NCBI GenBank assembly: GCA_963662545.2
Contig: CAXXLL010000003.1
Coordinates: 1,760,001 to 1,824,000, forward strand
Direction of reading: 5' to 3'
Length of the DNA stretch: 64,000 bases
Origin: Gammaproteobacteria bacterium
GTDB lineage: Bacteria > Pseudomonadota > Gammaproteobacteria > Ga0077536
Made by a program: the position numbers and the translations under genes. The notes under the pieces were generated by a model. It saw nothing but the letters and a program-made list of their open reading frames with translations, did not search any database and was not told the origin of the DNA. Positions within the stretch are counted from its first letter, which is position 1. Each line of letters opens with the position of its first letter. Below are positions 38,788-49,013 of this stretch, piece after piece.

Positions 38788-39501
38788 ATGGATCTCGACA
38801 CCATCGAACTGGGCCTCGCCCCGCAGGTCGCCGCCGCGGGTGTGCAGGTCGCCTATCTACTCGTCGGCGGGCTCGACAACCGCGCCGGTGACAATGCCTT
38901 CGCCGATGAATTTCGAAATCTGCAGGAAGCCATCGTACGCGAGCATAGCTTGGCCACCGTGCGCGGTGATCCGCGAATCGCCGGCTATCGCCGCCTGCAC
39001 GAAACATTCGGCGTCGAGGACGCCGCAATGACGGCCTCGCCGGAGAGCAATTTCAGGGTCTTGTTCGAACACAATGCGCTACGACCGATCAATTTGATCG
39101 TCGATATCTATAATTTCGTATCGTTAAAATACCGGATTTCCGCCGGTGCCCACGATCTGGAAAAAATCCCGGGCGCGGTCGAACTCAAGATCACCCGGGG
39201 CGACGAGCGCTTCGTGCCGCTTGGACGCTCCAAGCCCGAGGCGATTCCGGCCGGCGAGTACGCCTACGTGGATGGCGACGGCGAGGTGCTTTGCCGGCTG
39301 GAGTGCCGGCAGTCGGAGAAAACGAAGATCGAGCCGACCACGCGAAACGCATTGTTCATCTTGCAGGGGCATGCCGAGATCTCCGTGGCCGCGATGACGC
39401 AGGCACTCGACGAACTCAAAGTCTTACTGGGCGCGCATTGCGGTCCATACGTGACAGAGCGTCTCGTTATCCTGCCGCTGGACGAGGCGCGCACGGGTTA
39501 G
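38788..39501 (+). CDS. Free-standing B3/4 domain protein (PheRS-beta editing-domain family)
   Basis: P.I.GYR, SPES, INLIVDIYNFVSL..GAHDL, GDERF, GEYAYVD, CRQSEKTKI. Confidence 0.85.
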   Translation: MDLDTIELGLAPQVAAAGVQVAYLLVGGLDNRAGDNAFADEFRNLQEAIVREHSLATVRGDPRIAGYRRLHETFGVEDAAMTASPESNFRVLFEHNALRPINLIVDIYNFVSLKYRISAGAHDLEKIPGAVELKITRGDERFVPLGRSKPEAIPAGEYAYVDGDGEVLCRLECRQSEKTKIEPTTRNALFILQGHAEISVAAMTQALDELKVLLGAHCGPYVTERLVILPLDEARTG

Positions 39502-39510
39502 GAAAAGAAA

Positions 39511-40749
39511 ATGTTGCGGCTCTTGAAATACGGCTTCATCGAGGATTACGCCGAAGCGCGCTATTTCAATACGCCAGATCACTTGAACGAGACCTACGAC
39601 GCCGTGATCATCGGCGCCGGCGGTCACGGACTCGCCTGCGCCTATTACCTCGCAAAGGACCATGGCATCACGAACGTGGCGGTGATCGAAAAGGACTATA
39701 TCGGCGGCGGCAACACTGGCCGTAACACCACCATCGTGCGGTCCAATTACCTAACCGAGCAAGGCGTCAAGTTCTATCACGCCAGTGTCGAGATGTTCAA
39801 GACGCTGTCCGAAGAACTCGATTTCAACATTTTCTATTCGGAGCGCGGTCACTATACGCTCGCGCACAACGACTCCACCCTGCGCACCGCACGCTGGCGT
39901 GCCGAGGTTAACAAGCATTTCGGCATCGACAGCAAAATAGTCGGACCGGAGGAGATTGCGCAGGCTTGTCCCGAACTCGACCTTTCCTGCGGCGGCAACC
40001 ATGAAATCGTCGGCGCGCTTTACCATGCGCCGGGCGCGGTCGCACGGCATGACGCGGTCGCCTGGGGATACGCGCGTCGCGCTTCGCAGTCTGGCGTCGC
40101 AATATTTCAGAATACGGAAGCCCTGGCCATCGAGGTCGGCGACGGCGGCGTGGATGCCCTCGTCACCGATCGGGGGCGCATCAAGACGCGCAAGGTGCTT
40201 TCGGCAGTCGCCGGATACACGCCGCGCGTGCTCGACATGGTCGATCTCACGAGCCCGATCGAGATCTTTCCGCTGCAGGCTTGTGTGACGGAGCCGATCA
40301 AGCCCTGGCTCGACACCATCATCGTCTCCGGCAGCTTGCATTTATACGTGAGTCAGAGTTCGCGCGGGGAGATAGTCATGGGCGGCGCGATCGATCCGAT
40401 CGAGGTTCATTCGCAACGCTCGACCTTCGAGTTTGTCAGCGATCTATGCGACCAGATGCTGGACCTGTTTCCATTTCTGGCCGGGATCAAGATCAACCGC
40501 CAGTGGGCGGGCATGGCGGACATGACCCCGGACTTCGCTCCGATCATGGGCACGACCCCCGTGGAGGGTTTCTATCTGGATGCCGGTTGGGGTACCTGGG
40601 GTTTCAAGGCGACACCAATCTGCGGCAGGACGATGGCCGACACCATGGCCCATGATCGCGATCACGATTTGATCACTGGATTTAATCTGTCCCGCTTCGA
40701 CAACTACGAACTCGTCGGCGAAAAAGGCGCCGCGGCGGTCGGGCATTGA
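39511..40749 (+). CDS. mgdA: NMG dehydrogenase / sarcosine oxidase beta subunit
   Basis: GAGGHGL, GGGNTGRNTT, ARHDAVAWGY, DMTPD, GWGTWGFKA. Confidence 0.85.
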   Translation: MLRLLKYGFIEDYAEARYFNTPDHLNETYDAVIIGAGGHGLACAYYLAKDHGITNVAVIEKDYIGGGNTGRNTTIVRSNYLTEQGVKFYHASVEMFKTLSEELDFNIFYSERGHYTLAHNDSTLRTARWRAEVNKHFGIDSKIVGPEEIAQACPELDLSCGGNHEIVGALYHAPGAVARHDAVAWGYARRASQSGVAIFQNTEALAIEVGDGGVDALVTDRGRIKTRKVLSAVAGYTPRVLDMVDLTSPIEIFPLQACVTEPIKPWLDTIIVSGSLHLYVSQSSRGEIVMGGAIDPIEVHSQRSTFEFVSDLCDQMLDLFPFLAGIKINRQWAGMADMTPDFAPIMGTTPVEGFYLDAGWGTWGFKATPICGRTMADTMAHDRDHDLITGFNLSRFDNYELVGEKGAAAVGH

Positions 40750-40770
40750 ACGCATCCCCAGTCACCTAGC

Positions 40771-41025
40771 ATGAAATTCATCGAATGCCCCGTGATCGGA
40801 ACGCGGCCCCATACCGAGTTCGCGATCAGCGGCGTGCTCGAAGCGGAGCCCGCGGAGATCAAAACCATGTCGGCCGCGGTGTGGACCTTCAACCGCCGCA
40901 GCATCCCCGGTGAACGGATCGAATGCTGGTATCACACGCCGACGCAATTGTGGTTCAACGTGACGCGCCACACCGGCACCGACGTGATCAGCCGGGTGGA
41001 TCTGATGTGGCGGCCCGATGATTAG
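40771..41025 (+). CDS. mgdB: NMG dehydrogenase / sarcosine oxidase delta subunit
   Basis: CPVIGTRPHTEF, WYHTP..WF..R.T. Confidence 0.8.
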   Translation: MKFIECPVIGTRPHTEFAISGVLEAEPAEIKTMSAAVWTFNRRSIPGERIECWYHTPTQLWFNVTRHTGTDVISRVDLMWRPDD

Positions 41026-43912
41026 ACTACCGCCGCAACCCCGCGAGTGGATCGATCGCGATGCCCGCATCGAATTCGAGTTCGAGGGAGCGCGCTACGA
41101 AGGCTTCGGCGGCGACGTCATCTCGAGCGCGCTGCTGGCGTGCGGCCAGCACCTGCTCGGCCGCAGCTTCAAATACCATCGCCCGCGCGGCGTGCTGTCG
41201 ATGGCCAATCACGACGCCAATGTCCTGCTGCAGTCGGACACGGACACCAACATCCGCGCCGACCTTACGCCGATCGCGCAGGGCCGGTCCTACCGTGCAG
41301 TCAACACCCTCGGCGGTTTGAAACGCGACCTTACGCAAGCCCTGGGTTGGTTCGACCGGTTTCTTCCGATCGGGTTCTACTACAAGGCCTTCTACCGGCC
41401 GCGTTGGCTGTTTCCGTATTGGGAGCGCTTGATCCGCGAACTGTCCGGACTCGGCAAGATCGACACCACCTACCGCGGCGGGCGGCAGTCGCGCACGCAC
41501 CGCTACTGCGAGGTCCTCATCGTCGGTGCGGGCGCCGCCGGCCTCGCGGCGGCGGCGCGCCTTGCGGACAGCGATCTCGACGTCGTGCTCGTCGACGAGA
41601 ATCGCCGGCCCGGCGGTTCGCTCGATTTCATGCATGCGCGCGAAGCGGATGCGCAGACTTTCCGCGACGAAGCCCTGGCCGACATCGATCGGGCCGCGAA
41701 CATCGAGTGGATCCCCGATGCGTTTGCGAGCGCTTGCTACGATCGTTACACGGTGCCCCTGGTCGCGGCGTCAGGCGTGACGCAGGTCCATGCGCGCGCC
41801 ATTATCTTTGCCACCGGCGTGATCGAGCAACCCGCCGTTTTCCGCAACAACGATCTACCGGGCATCGTGCTCGCGACCGGTGCGCAGCGCCTTATCCACC
41901 GCTTCGCCGTGGCGCCTTGCGACACCTGCGTGGTCCTGACGGCCAACGACGAAGGCTATCGCGCGGCCATCGACTTTGCCGAAGCCGGGATCCGCGTGGC
42001 CGCGGTCGTGGACATGCAGGCGCAGCCGTCGAACGACGATGCAGCCGCCGAGCTTCTGGGCCGCGGCATTCAACTCATTCCCGCTGCGCACATCGACGAG
42101 GCGCGCGGCAGCGGCCAGCTCGAAGCCGTGACCGTCCATTCCAACGACGCAGGCATCGTGCAGGAAATCGCCTGTGACGGACTCATGATGAGTGTTGGCT
42201 GGGCGCCCGCGGGGAGTCTCGTCTACCAGGCCGGCGGCCGCTTCGGCTACGACGACGCTCTGCATCAGATCGTCCCCGAGGCGACGCCTGAAGGCGTCTA
42301 CACCACGGGGCGCCTGAACGGTGTGTTTTCGCTTGCCGCGCGTATCGATGACGGTCGTGCGGCGGCTGCCGAGGCTGCGGCCTTTCTCGGCCGATCGCAG
42401 GAGGCGCCGCCGCGCCCGCCGCGCGACCGCACGCCACACTCGCATCCCTACCCGCTCAAGAAGCATCGCAAGGGTGATGAGTTCATCGATTTCGACGAAG
42501 ACATCCAGCTCAAGGAGCTCGACGTCGGGATCCGTGAAGGATTCGATTCCATCCAGCTTTTAAAGCGGTACTCGACCATCGGCATGGGGCCGAGCCAGGG
42601 TAAGACGTCCAACATGAACGGCGTGCGTTTCATCGCGCACAAGTGCGGGCGCGACGTCGACGCGATCGGAGTGAGCACGCCGCGGCCGTTCTACCATCCG
42701 GTTGCGATGGGCGCGCTCGCGGGCCGCCGGCTGCGCCGCGAATGGCACACCCCCATGCATGAAAGCCACCTGGCCCGCGGCGCGGAGATGATGGATACCG
42801 GCCCCTGGCGACGGCCCAAAAGCTATACAGCGAAGTCACCGCGGTCCCAGATCGAGGCCGAATACCGCGTCGTACGCGAAGGCGTCGGCATCATCGACGT
42901 CTCGACCCTCGGCAAGATAGAGATTTTCGGTGACGACGCCCAAGCGCTGCTCGAACACGCCTACACCTGCGCCTTCGACAAGTTGGCGCTGGGTATGACG
43001 CGCTACATCTTCATGGTTGACGGCAGCGGCACCCTCATCGACGATGGCGTGGCGGCACGCCTGGGCGTTGATCATTTCTACATCACCACGACCAGTACGC
43101 ATTCACAGACAGTGCTGCGCCTGCTGCAGCTCTCCGCCGATCAGCTCGCACTCGACGTCGCGATCATCGACCGCAGCTTCCAGCTGGCTGCGGTTAACCT
43201 GGCGGGGCCCTCGTCGCGACGCGTACTCGGGCGCCTCACCGACATCGACCTCGATGACGAAGCGTTTCCCTATCTGGGACTGCGCGAGGGCGTGGTTGCA
43301 GAGATCCCGGCACGGCTGCTGCGGGTGGGCTTCGTCGGTGAACTCGGCTACGAGATCCACTGCGCCGCGAGCCAGGGCGCGGCACTGTGGGAGCGGCTGC
43401 TGGAGGCCGGCGAGCCGGAAGGCTGCGCGCCCTTTGGCGTCGAGGCCCAGCGCTTGTTACGGTTGGAGAAAGGACACATCATCATCGGGCAAGACACCGA
43501 CGGCACGACCAACCCCTTCGAAGTCGGGCTCGGCTGGGGCGTGCGGCTGGACAAGGCGCGTTTTCATGGCAAACACAGCCTCCAAATCCTGCAACCGATG
43601 CTTGCGCGCAAGCTCATCGGCTTCGAAACCGAAGACCGCGATGGTGAGGATCCCATCGAAGAATGTCACCTGGTCATCGACGGCGATCGCATCGCGGGGC
43701 GGGTGACGAGCGTTGCTTACAGCCCTGTTCTGCAGAAGGTGATCGGGCTCGCGTTCGTCGAATCGAAGCTCGCGGAGGTCGGTACCCGGCTCACGATCAG
43801 AACGACCAGCGGGCGGCTGGTGACCGGCGTCGTCACCGACACGCCGTTCTACGATCCCGATAACGCGCGCCAGAAGCCCCACGCCGAGCCCGCTTACGAG
43901 ACGGCCGCGTGA
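41018..43912 (+). CDS. mgdC: NMG dehydrogenase / sarcosine oxidase alpha subunit
   Basis: RSFKYHRPRG, KRYSTIGMGPSQGK; GcvT domain DVSTLGKI, GELGYE, LRLEKG. Confidence 0.88.
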   Translation: MIRLPPQPREWIDRDARIEFEFEGARYEGFGGDVISSALLACGQHLLGRSFKYHRPRGVLSMANHDANVLLQSDTDTNIRADLTPIAQGRSYRAVNTLGGLKRDLTQALGWFDRFLPIGFYYKAFYRPRWLFPYWERLIRELSGLGKIDTTYRGGRQSRTHRYCEVLIVGAGAAGLAAAARLADSDLDVVLVDENRRPGGSLDFMHAREADAQTFRDEALADIDRAANIEWIPDAFASACYDRYTVPLVAASGVTQVHARAIIFATGVIEQPAVFRNNDLPGIVLATGAQRLIHRFAVAPCDTCVVLTANDEGYRAAIDFAEAGIRVAAVVDMQAQPSNDDAAAELLGRGIQLIPAAHIDEARGSGQLEAVTVHSNDAGIVQEIACDGLMMSVGWAPAGSLVYQAGGRFGYDDALHQIVPEATPEGVYTTGRLNGVFSLAARIDDGRAAAAEAAAFLGRSQEAPPRPPRDRTPHSHPYPLKKHRKGDEFIDFDEDIQLKELDVGIREGFDSIQLLKRYSTIGMGPSQGKTSNMNGVRFIAHKCGRDVDAIGVSTPRPFYHPVAMGALAGRRLRREWHTPMHESHLARGAEMMDTGPWRRPKSYTAKSPRSQIEAEYRVVREGVGIIDVSTLGKIEIFGDDAQALLEHAYTCAFDKLALGMTRYIFMVDGSGTLIDDGVAARLGVDHFYITTTSTHSQTVLRLLQLSADQLALDVAIIDRSFQLAAVNLAGPSSRRVLGRLTDIDLDDEAFPYLGLREGVVAEIPARLLRVGFVGELGYEIHCAASQGAALWERLLEAGEPEGCAPFGVEAQRLLRLEKGHIIIGQDTDGTTNPFEVGLGWGVRLDKARFHGKHSLQILQPMLARKLIGFETEDRDGEDPIEECHLVIDGDRIAGRVTSVAYSPVLQKVIGLAFVESKLAEVGTRLTIRTTSGRLVTGVVTDTPFYDPDNARQKPHAEPAYETAA

Positions 43913-44574
43913 TGGAGACCGCGAGCCGCAGCCCCGTGCTCCAGGCGTTCGACGGCGGTCGATTCGAAATGGGCGCGGTCAACGGCATGCAGATCGCGCT
44001 GACTCAAGGCGAGGCGGTAACCGCCGCTGGCTACATCGCCGACTTGAGCGCCGTTCACAAACGCCTGTTCGTGGGTGGGGGCGCGCGGCGCTTCCTCGAG
44101 GCGCATGACATCGAGGCGCCGGCCGATCTGCTGCGCTGGTGGTCGCTCGGCGAAGACGGCGCCGTCGTCTACCTTCACCATCACCGATTTCTCGTGGTCG
44201 CGCCGAGCGGGACGACGAGACCGGGCCCGCTGTTTGCCATTGCCCCGGGCAGCCAGGGCGACACGCTGGTGCTGCACCACGAGGCCGCGGACTTTGCGCT
44301 GGGCGGCGAAGCGGCGGATGCGATCGTCCGCGAACTGTGTCCCATGAACCTCGCGGCGAGTTCTGACGACGTCTGGATAGCGACCCAACTCGCGCATTGC
44401 GACGTTGCCGTGCGGCGCATGACGACGGACGCGGTGACCTATCGCCTGATGTGTGCGCCGGCGGACGCGGCCTTTCTGTTCGGGGTACTCGTCGAAGTCG
44501 TACAGGAAAATGGCGGGACGATCGCGGGATTCAATGACTACCTGGAACTTTTAGAAGGAGGAGCATCGAGATGA
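43909..44574 (+). CDS. mgdD: NMG dehydrogenase / sarcosine oxidase gamma subunit
   Basis: GcvT-like fragment; fourth gene in beta-delta-alpha-gamma order. Confidence 0.72.
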   Translation: MMETASRSPVLQAFDGGRFEMGAVNGMQIALTQGEAVTAAGYIADLSAVHKRLFVGGGARRFLEAHDIEAPADLLRWWSLGEDGAVVYLHHHRFLVVAPSGTTRPGPLFAIAPGSQGDTLVLHHEAADFALGGEAADAIVRELCPMNLAASSDDVWIATQLAHCDVAVRRMTTDAVTYRLMCAPADAAFLFGVLVEVVQENGGTIAGFNDYLELLEGGASR

Positions 44575-45905
44575 CGCCCACCGAAGCCAAAGACTTCGTC
44601 ATAAAACACAAGGTCGATTTCATCCTGGCGCAGTTTGTCGATATTCACGGGGTGGCCAAGACCAAGTTGGTTCCGGCCGATCATCTGGACGACGTCCTGA
44701 GCGATGGCGCGGGCTTCGCGGGCTTTGCCGCCTGGGGCATGGGGCAGGGACCCGAGGATCACGATTTCATGGCGGTCGGCGACAGCAACACGCTCTCGCT
44801 CGTGCCCTGGCAGCCCGGTTACGCGCGCATCGTGTGCGACGGCACGGTCGACGGGAAGCCCTGGCCCTTCGACACCCGCTACGTCATGAAGCAGCAGATC
44901 GCGCGCCTGACCGAACGTGGGTGGACCATGAACACCGGCCTCGAACCCGAATTCATGTTACTCGCGCGGCGCGAGGACGGAACGCTCGCGCCGGCGGACG
45001 AAACCGATGTGCTGGAGAAGCCCTGCTACGATTACAAGGGTCTGTCTCGCAGCCGCGCAGTGCTCGAAACGCTGGCGAACACCCTGATGGAGGTCGGCTT
45101 TGATGTCTATCAGATCGATCACGAGGACGCCAACGGTCAGTTCGAGATGAACTACACCTACACCGATGCGCTGACCAGTGCGGACCGCTATGTGTTCTTT
45201 CGTATGGCCGCGAATGAGATCGCCGACGACTTTGGGCTGATGTGCACCTTTATGCCGAAGCCCTTCACTGACCGGACCGGCAGCGGCATGCACATGCACA
45301 TATCGATCGCGAGCGAGGACAGTGCGAATATCTTTAAGGACGATGAGGACGCGCGCGGGCTCGGGTTGTCCAAGCTGGCCTACCAATTCCTCGGCGGCCT
45401 GCTGAAGCACGCCCGGCCGCTAGCGGCCCTGTGCGCACCTTCGGTCAATTCCTATAAGCGGCTAGTGGTCGGGCGCGCGCTGTCCGGTGCGACCTGGGCG
45501 CCCGCTTATATTTCCTACGGCGACAACAACCGGACTTCGATGGTGCGCATTCCATACGGGCGTCTTGAATTGAGGCTGGCGGATTCCGCCTGCAACCCGT
45601 ATCTCGCCGGCGCTGCGATGATCGCGGCAGGGCTCGACGGCATCGAAAATGCGATCGATCCAGGCGCGCCGCAAAACGTCAATTTCTACGAACTCTCGGC
45701 GCGTGAGCTGCGCAAGCGCAAAGTGAAGCTCTTGCCGCAGACCCTGGGTGAGGCCTTGGACGAACTGGAATCGAGCAAGCTGTTCTCTACACAACTCGGC
45801 GAAGCCTTCATCCAGGAGTTTCTTGAGGTCAAGCGTATGGAGTGGGTCGAATACTGTCGACACATCTCCGACTGGGAGCGCGAGAGATTACTCGGGTTTT
45901 ATTAG
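44571..45905 (+). CDS. gmaS: Gamma-glutamylmethylamide synthetase (GlnT-type)
   Basis: [34 protein letters not shown]; located with mgs and mgd. Confidence 0.85.
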   Translation: MTPTEAKDFVIKHKVDFILAQFVDIHGVAKTKLVPADHLDDVLSDGAGFAGFAAWGMGQGPEDHDFMAVGDSNTLSLVPWQPGYARIVCDGTVDGKPWPFDTRYVMKQQIARLTERGWTMNTGLEPEFMLLARREDGTLAPADETDVLEKPCYDYKGLSRSRAVLETLANTLMEVGFDVYQIDHEDANGQFEMNYTYTDALTSADRYVFFRMAANEIADDFGLMCTFMPKPFTDRTGSGMHMHISIASEDSANIFKDDEDARGLGLSKLAYQFLGGLLKHARPLAALCAPSVNSYKRLVVGRALSGATWAPAYISYGDNNRTSMVRIPYGRLELRLADSACNPYLAGAAMIAAGLDGIENAIDPGAPQNVNFYELSARELRKRKVKLLPQTLGEALDELESSKLFSTQLGEAFIQEFLEVKRMEWVEYCRHISDWERERLLGFY

Positions 45906-46541
45906 ATGACTAAGAAATCACCCGCGCCGGATCTCGCAGTCGTCGACAGCCTCGTCGAGGGCCACCCGGGTCTCAGCGTTTTTCTCGGGACGGCGCTCAA
46001 ACATCGAAGGCTCAACCAGCATCTGACCATCCAGGATGTCTCCGATTTGTCCGACGTCAGCCGCGGCATGCTGAGCCGCATCGAGAACGGTCAGGCGACG
46101 CCGAGTCTCGACGCTCTGTACCGGATTTGCCAGTCACTCGGTACCTCGCTCAGCAACCTGTTCAAGGCTTTCGATACGCCAGAGGGCGTGGCAAGCTTCA
46201 TTCCCAAAGGGGAGGGCATGGACGTCGCCCGCCGCGGGACGAAACGCGGGCATACCTACGAGCTTCTGTCCTACGATCAGGGCCCGAAAAAGCGCTTCGA
46301 ACCCTTTCTAATCACGCTCGATGACGCAAGCGAAACCTTTCCGAGTTTTCAACACGCCGGCACGGAGTTCATCTACATGCTCAAGGGCAAGATCGAGTAC
46401 CGTCACGGCCGGCATACCTACGTGTTGAAACCGGGCGACGCCATCACTTTCGACGGCAACATTCCTCATGGTCCGGAAAAACTGTTATCGCTGCCGATCC
46501 AGTTCCTCTCGATCATGTATTACGGCGAAGATGATGCTTAG
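45906..46541 (+). CDS. XRE-cupin transcriptional regulator
   Basis: HTH SRGMLSRIENG..PSL; cupin FQHAGTEF..PHGP. Confidence 0.9.
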   Translation: MTKKSPAPDLAVVDSLVEGHPGLSVFLGTALKHRRLNQHLTIQDVSDLSDVSRGMLSRIENGQATPSLDALYRICQSLGTSLSNLFKAFDTPEGVASFIPKGEGMDVARRGTKRGHTYELLSYDQGPKKRFEPFLITLDDASETFPSFQHAGTEFIYMLKGKIEYRHGRHTYVLKPGDAITFDGNIPHGPEKLLSLPIQFLSIMYYGEDDA

Positions 46542-46585
46542 CCCGCCTATTGCATGAAGAACGGCGGGAGATAAGGGGGGACTCC

Positions 46586-47989
46586 ATGGAAAGTGAACTG
46601 TCGTCATTGACGGTGATCTTCACCGAGTTTTATTACTGGGTGACGGTCGTTTTCATGTTTCTGATCCACGTCGGATTCTGCATCTATGAAGTCGGCGTGT
46701 CACGGCGCAAGAACCATCTGCATACCCTGATGAAGAACACCATGCTGGTGCCCTTGGTGACGGTCACGTTCTTTCTCTTCGGCTGGTGGATCTATTTCGC
46801 CTTTCCCAACGGACCGTGGATCATCGGCGGCCTGGTAGACGCACCTTGGGCCGTGCCTTGGAGCGAGTTGATGGGCGCCCACATGGGCGGTACGCCGGCG
46901 GGCGACAGTCTGAGCGCCGAGGACACCATGTTCTGGGCGCGAATCAACGGCGTCTTCTGGGCGGCTTTTCTGTTGTTCTCATGGACGGCCGCATCGATCG
47001 TGTCCGGTGCGTGCATCGAACGCATTCGGTCCAGCGCATTCTGGATCCTGGCGGTCTTGATCGGATCCGTTTTCTGGATCATCGACGCTTCCTGGGGCTG
47101 GCACGCCGAGGGTTGGATGGTGCAGAAGCTCGGCTATCACGACGCCTACGCATCGGGTGTGATTCACGCCATTGCCGGCGGTTTTGCGCTGGGAATATTG
47201 ATAGTACTCGGGCCGCGCATCGGAAAATTTCGCGACGACGGCACGCCGCGCGTGATCCCGCCGACCAATCCCTGGTTCGTCACGATCGGTCTGTTCATGA
47301 TTTTCACCGGGTTCTGGGGATTTTATGCCGCCTGCAACGTACCGATCATCGACGTTCAGGACGGCGAAGGCGTGTTCTTCTCCGCGACCAATATCTATCT
47401 CGCCCCAACGTCCCTGTCGGCCATCACGTTCAACTTTCTCATGTCGCTATCCGGCGGCATGATGGCCGGCTACATCATGTCGCGGGGCGATCCCTTCTGG
47501 ACCTACTCCTCCGGGCTCGCCGGCATCATCGCGGCGTCTGCCGGCAACGATCTCTACCACCCGATCCAGGCCATGCTGATCGGTGCGGCCGGCGTCGTCG
47601 TCATGTACAAACTGCATTACTGGGTCGAGAAGACCTTCAAGATCGACGACGCCGTGGGCGCCGTCGCCGTGCATGGCTACGCTGGCTTCTTTGGTGTGTG
47701 CGTCGCGGGATTCATGCTGTGGGGCTATCCATCCTCGCCCAATGCGGATTTCGCACCGATTACGCCGTGGGGTCAGTTAGCGGGTGCCGTGATCATGTTC
47801 GGTGTACTGGGGCTCCTGCCGGGCTTTCTCGTCGCGAAACTGCTCGCGCGGCGCGGCTTGTTGAGGATCCCGGCCGTCGTGGAACTGGCGGGTCTAGATG
47901 TCTCGGCGGAAGTCGAGGCCGAACAACAGCGGCGTAACTTGGGCCGTGCCGAGCGCGAGGCCATCCCAAGCGTGATATCCGATGCCTGA
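46586..47989 (+). CDS. Amt-family (methyl)ammonium transporter
   Basis: SIVSGACIER, LGPRIGKF, IDDAVGAVAVHG. Confidence 0.88.
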   Translation: MESELSSLTVIFTEFYYWVTVVFMFLIHVGFCIYEVGVSRRKNHLHTLMKNTMLVPLVTVTFFLFGWWIYFAFPNGPWIIGGLVDAPWAVPWSELMGAHMGGTPAGDSLSAEDTMFWARINGVFWAAFLLFSWTAASIVSGACIERIRSSAFWILAVLIGSVFWIIDASWGWHAEGWMVQKLGYHDAYASGVIHAIAGGFALGILIVLGPRIGKFRDDGTPRVIPPTNPWFVTIGLFMIFTGFWGFYAACNVPIIDVQDGEGVFFSATNIYLAPTSLSAITFNFLMSLSGGMMAGYIMSRGDPFWTYSSGLAGIIAASAGNDLYHPIQAMLIGAAGVVVMYKLHYWVEKTFKIDDAVGAVAVHGYAGFFGVCVAGFMLWGYPSSPNADFAPITPWGQLAGAVIMFGVLGLLPGFLVAKLLARRGLLRIPAVVELAGLDVSAEVEAEQQRRNLGRAEREAIPSVISDA

Positions 47990-48022
47990 GACCATCCACA
48001 TAAAGCATAAAAGGAGACGGAC

Positions 48023-48247
48023 ATGATGACTGGCAGCTTCGAAAATTTTGCGGGTACGATCACCGACATCGGCCCGCTCTATCCCTTCGTCGGCAGTGAA
48101 ATGGTGATGTGCATCATCGCCGTGGCGTTCTGGTTGGGATGGCACATCTCGGAACTACGGATCGAAAAGCGCGAGTACGAAGCCGAGGTGGAGAAATTCT
48201 CCGACGCGGAGGAGATACAACGGCATCTGGATAAAAGAGCGGATTGA
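48023..48247 (+). CDS. Small single-TM protein following Amt
   Basis: RBS AAGGAG; IGPLYPFVGSE, TM helix, charged tail. Confidence 0.75.
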   Translation: MMTGSFENFAGTITDIGPLYPFVGSEMVMCIIAVAFWLGWHISELRIEKREYEAEVEKFSDAEEIQRHLDKRAD

Positions 48248-48387
48248 ACTCTGGAGTAACGAGGTATGAGAGAACAATCTTCTTATTTCGTTACAGCGAT
48301 ATTCGAGTCACGAATAAGCCAGCCCACGTTATAATCTTTATAAAATGGTGGTCTGATCTGGCGTCGGCCGATAGGAAATATGGAGCG

Positions 48388-49005
48388 ATGAGCTTGTCTT
48401 TGAGCAACGATTCCTCCTGCAAACTGATCTCGATGTTTGCTTTGGTGATCCTGTGCGCTGGGTGCGCCTTAACGCCTCAAAAATTCGAGCTGCGACCCCA
48501 GGTCCAGGTCGCGACGAAGGCACCCGTCGCCGAGGGGAAGGAAATCTCGGTATTGGTCGTTGACATGCGCCCAACCGAGGTAATTGGTAACCGCGGCCTC
48601 ACGGGAACTGCCTACGGAGGCGCGAATGTGACCGCGACCGGAGACGTTGCCGCAATCGTCAAGACCGCGGTGACGAACGGCCTCGGCTCGAAAGGGTTTA
48701 GCGTCAGCGATACGGTACGCGCGACCTATGGCCGGCAACTACGAGTCGAGATCGTGAATCTGAGCTATACGGTGGTTCCCGGGATCGTGACGGGCACGCT
48801 GCGTAGTGAATCGGCCTTGCGCGGACAGTGCATCGACGACAAGGTTTCGCAATACGATCGCGTGCATCGCGGAGTTTCCGAAGAGCAGGTGTTTTTCGCG
48901 CAGTTCGCCGAAGAGAATGCGGCGCATATCAACGCCGCCATGTCGGGTGCCATCAATGCCCTCCTCGAGGACGGCGAACTGATAAATTGTCTCGCGGGAA
49001 ATTGA
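48388..49005 (+). CDS. YajG-like lipoprotein
   Basis: Lipobox LCAGC, V.VVDMRP..IG.R; start uncertain. Confidence 0.65.
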   Translation: MSLSLSNDSSCKLISMFALVILCAGCALTPQKFELRPQVQVATKAPVAEGKEISVLVVDMRPTEVIGNRGLTGTAYGGANVTATGDVAAIVKTAVTNGLGSKGFSVSDTVRATYGRQLRVEIVNLSYTVVPGIVTGTLRSESALRGQCIDDKVSQYDRVHRGVSEEQVFFAQFAEENAAHINAAMSGAINALLEDGELINCLAGN

Positions 49006-49013
49006 GGCCCGAA

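Noticed and set aside
48256-48294. AT-rich hairpin GTAACGA...TCGTTAC as an attC site
   Set aside because: Too short, and the ends do not fit RYYYAAC/GTTRRRY
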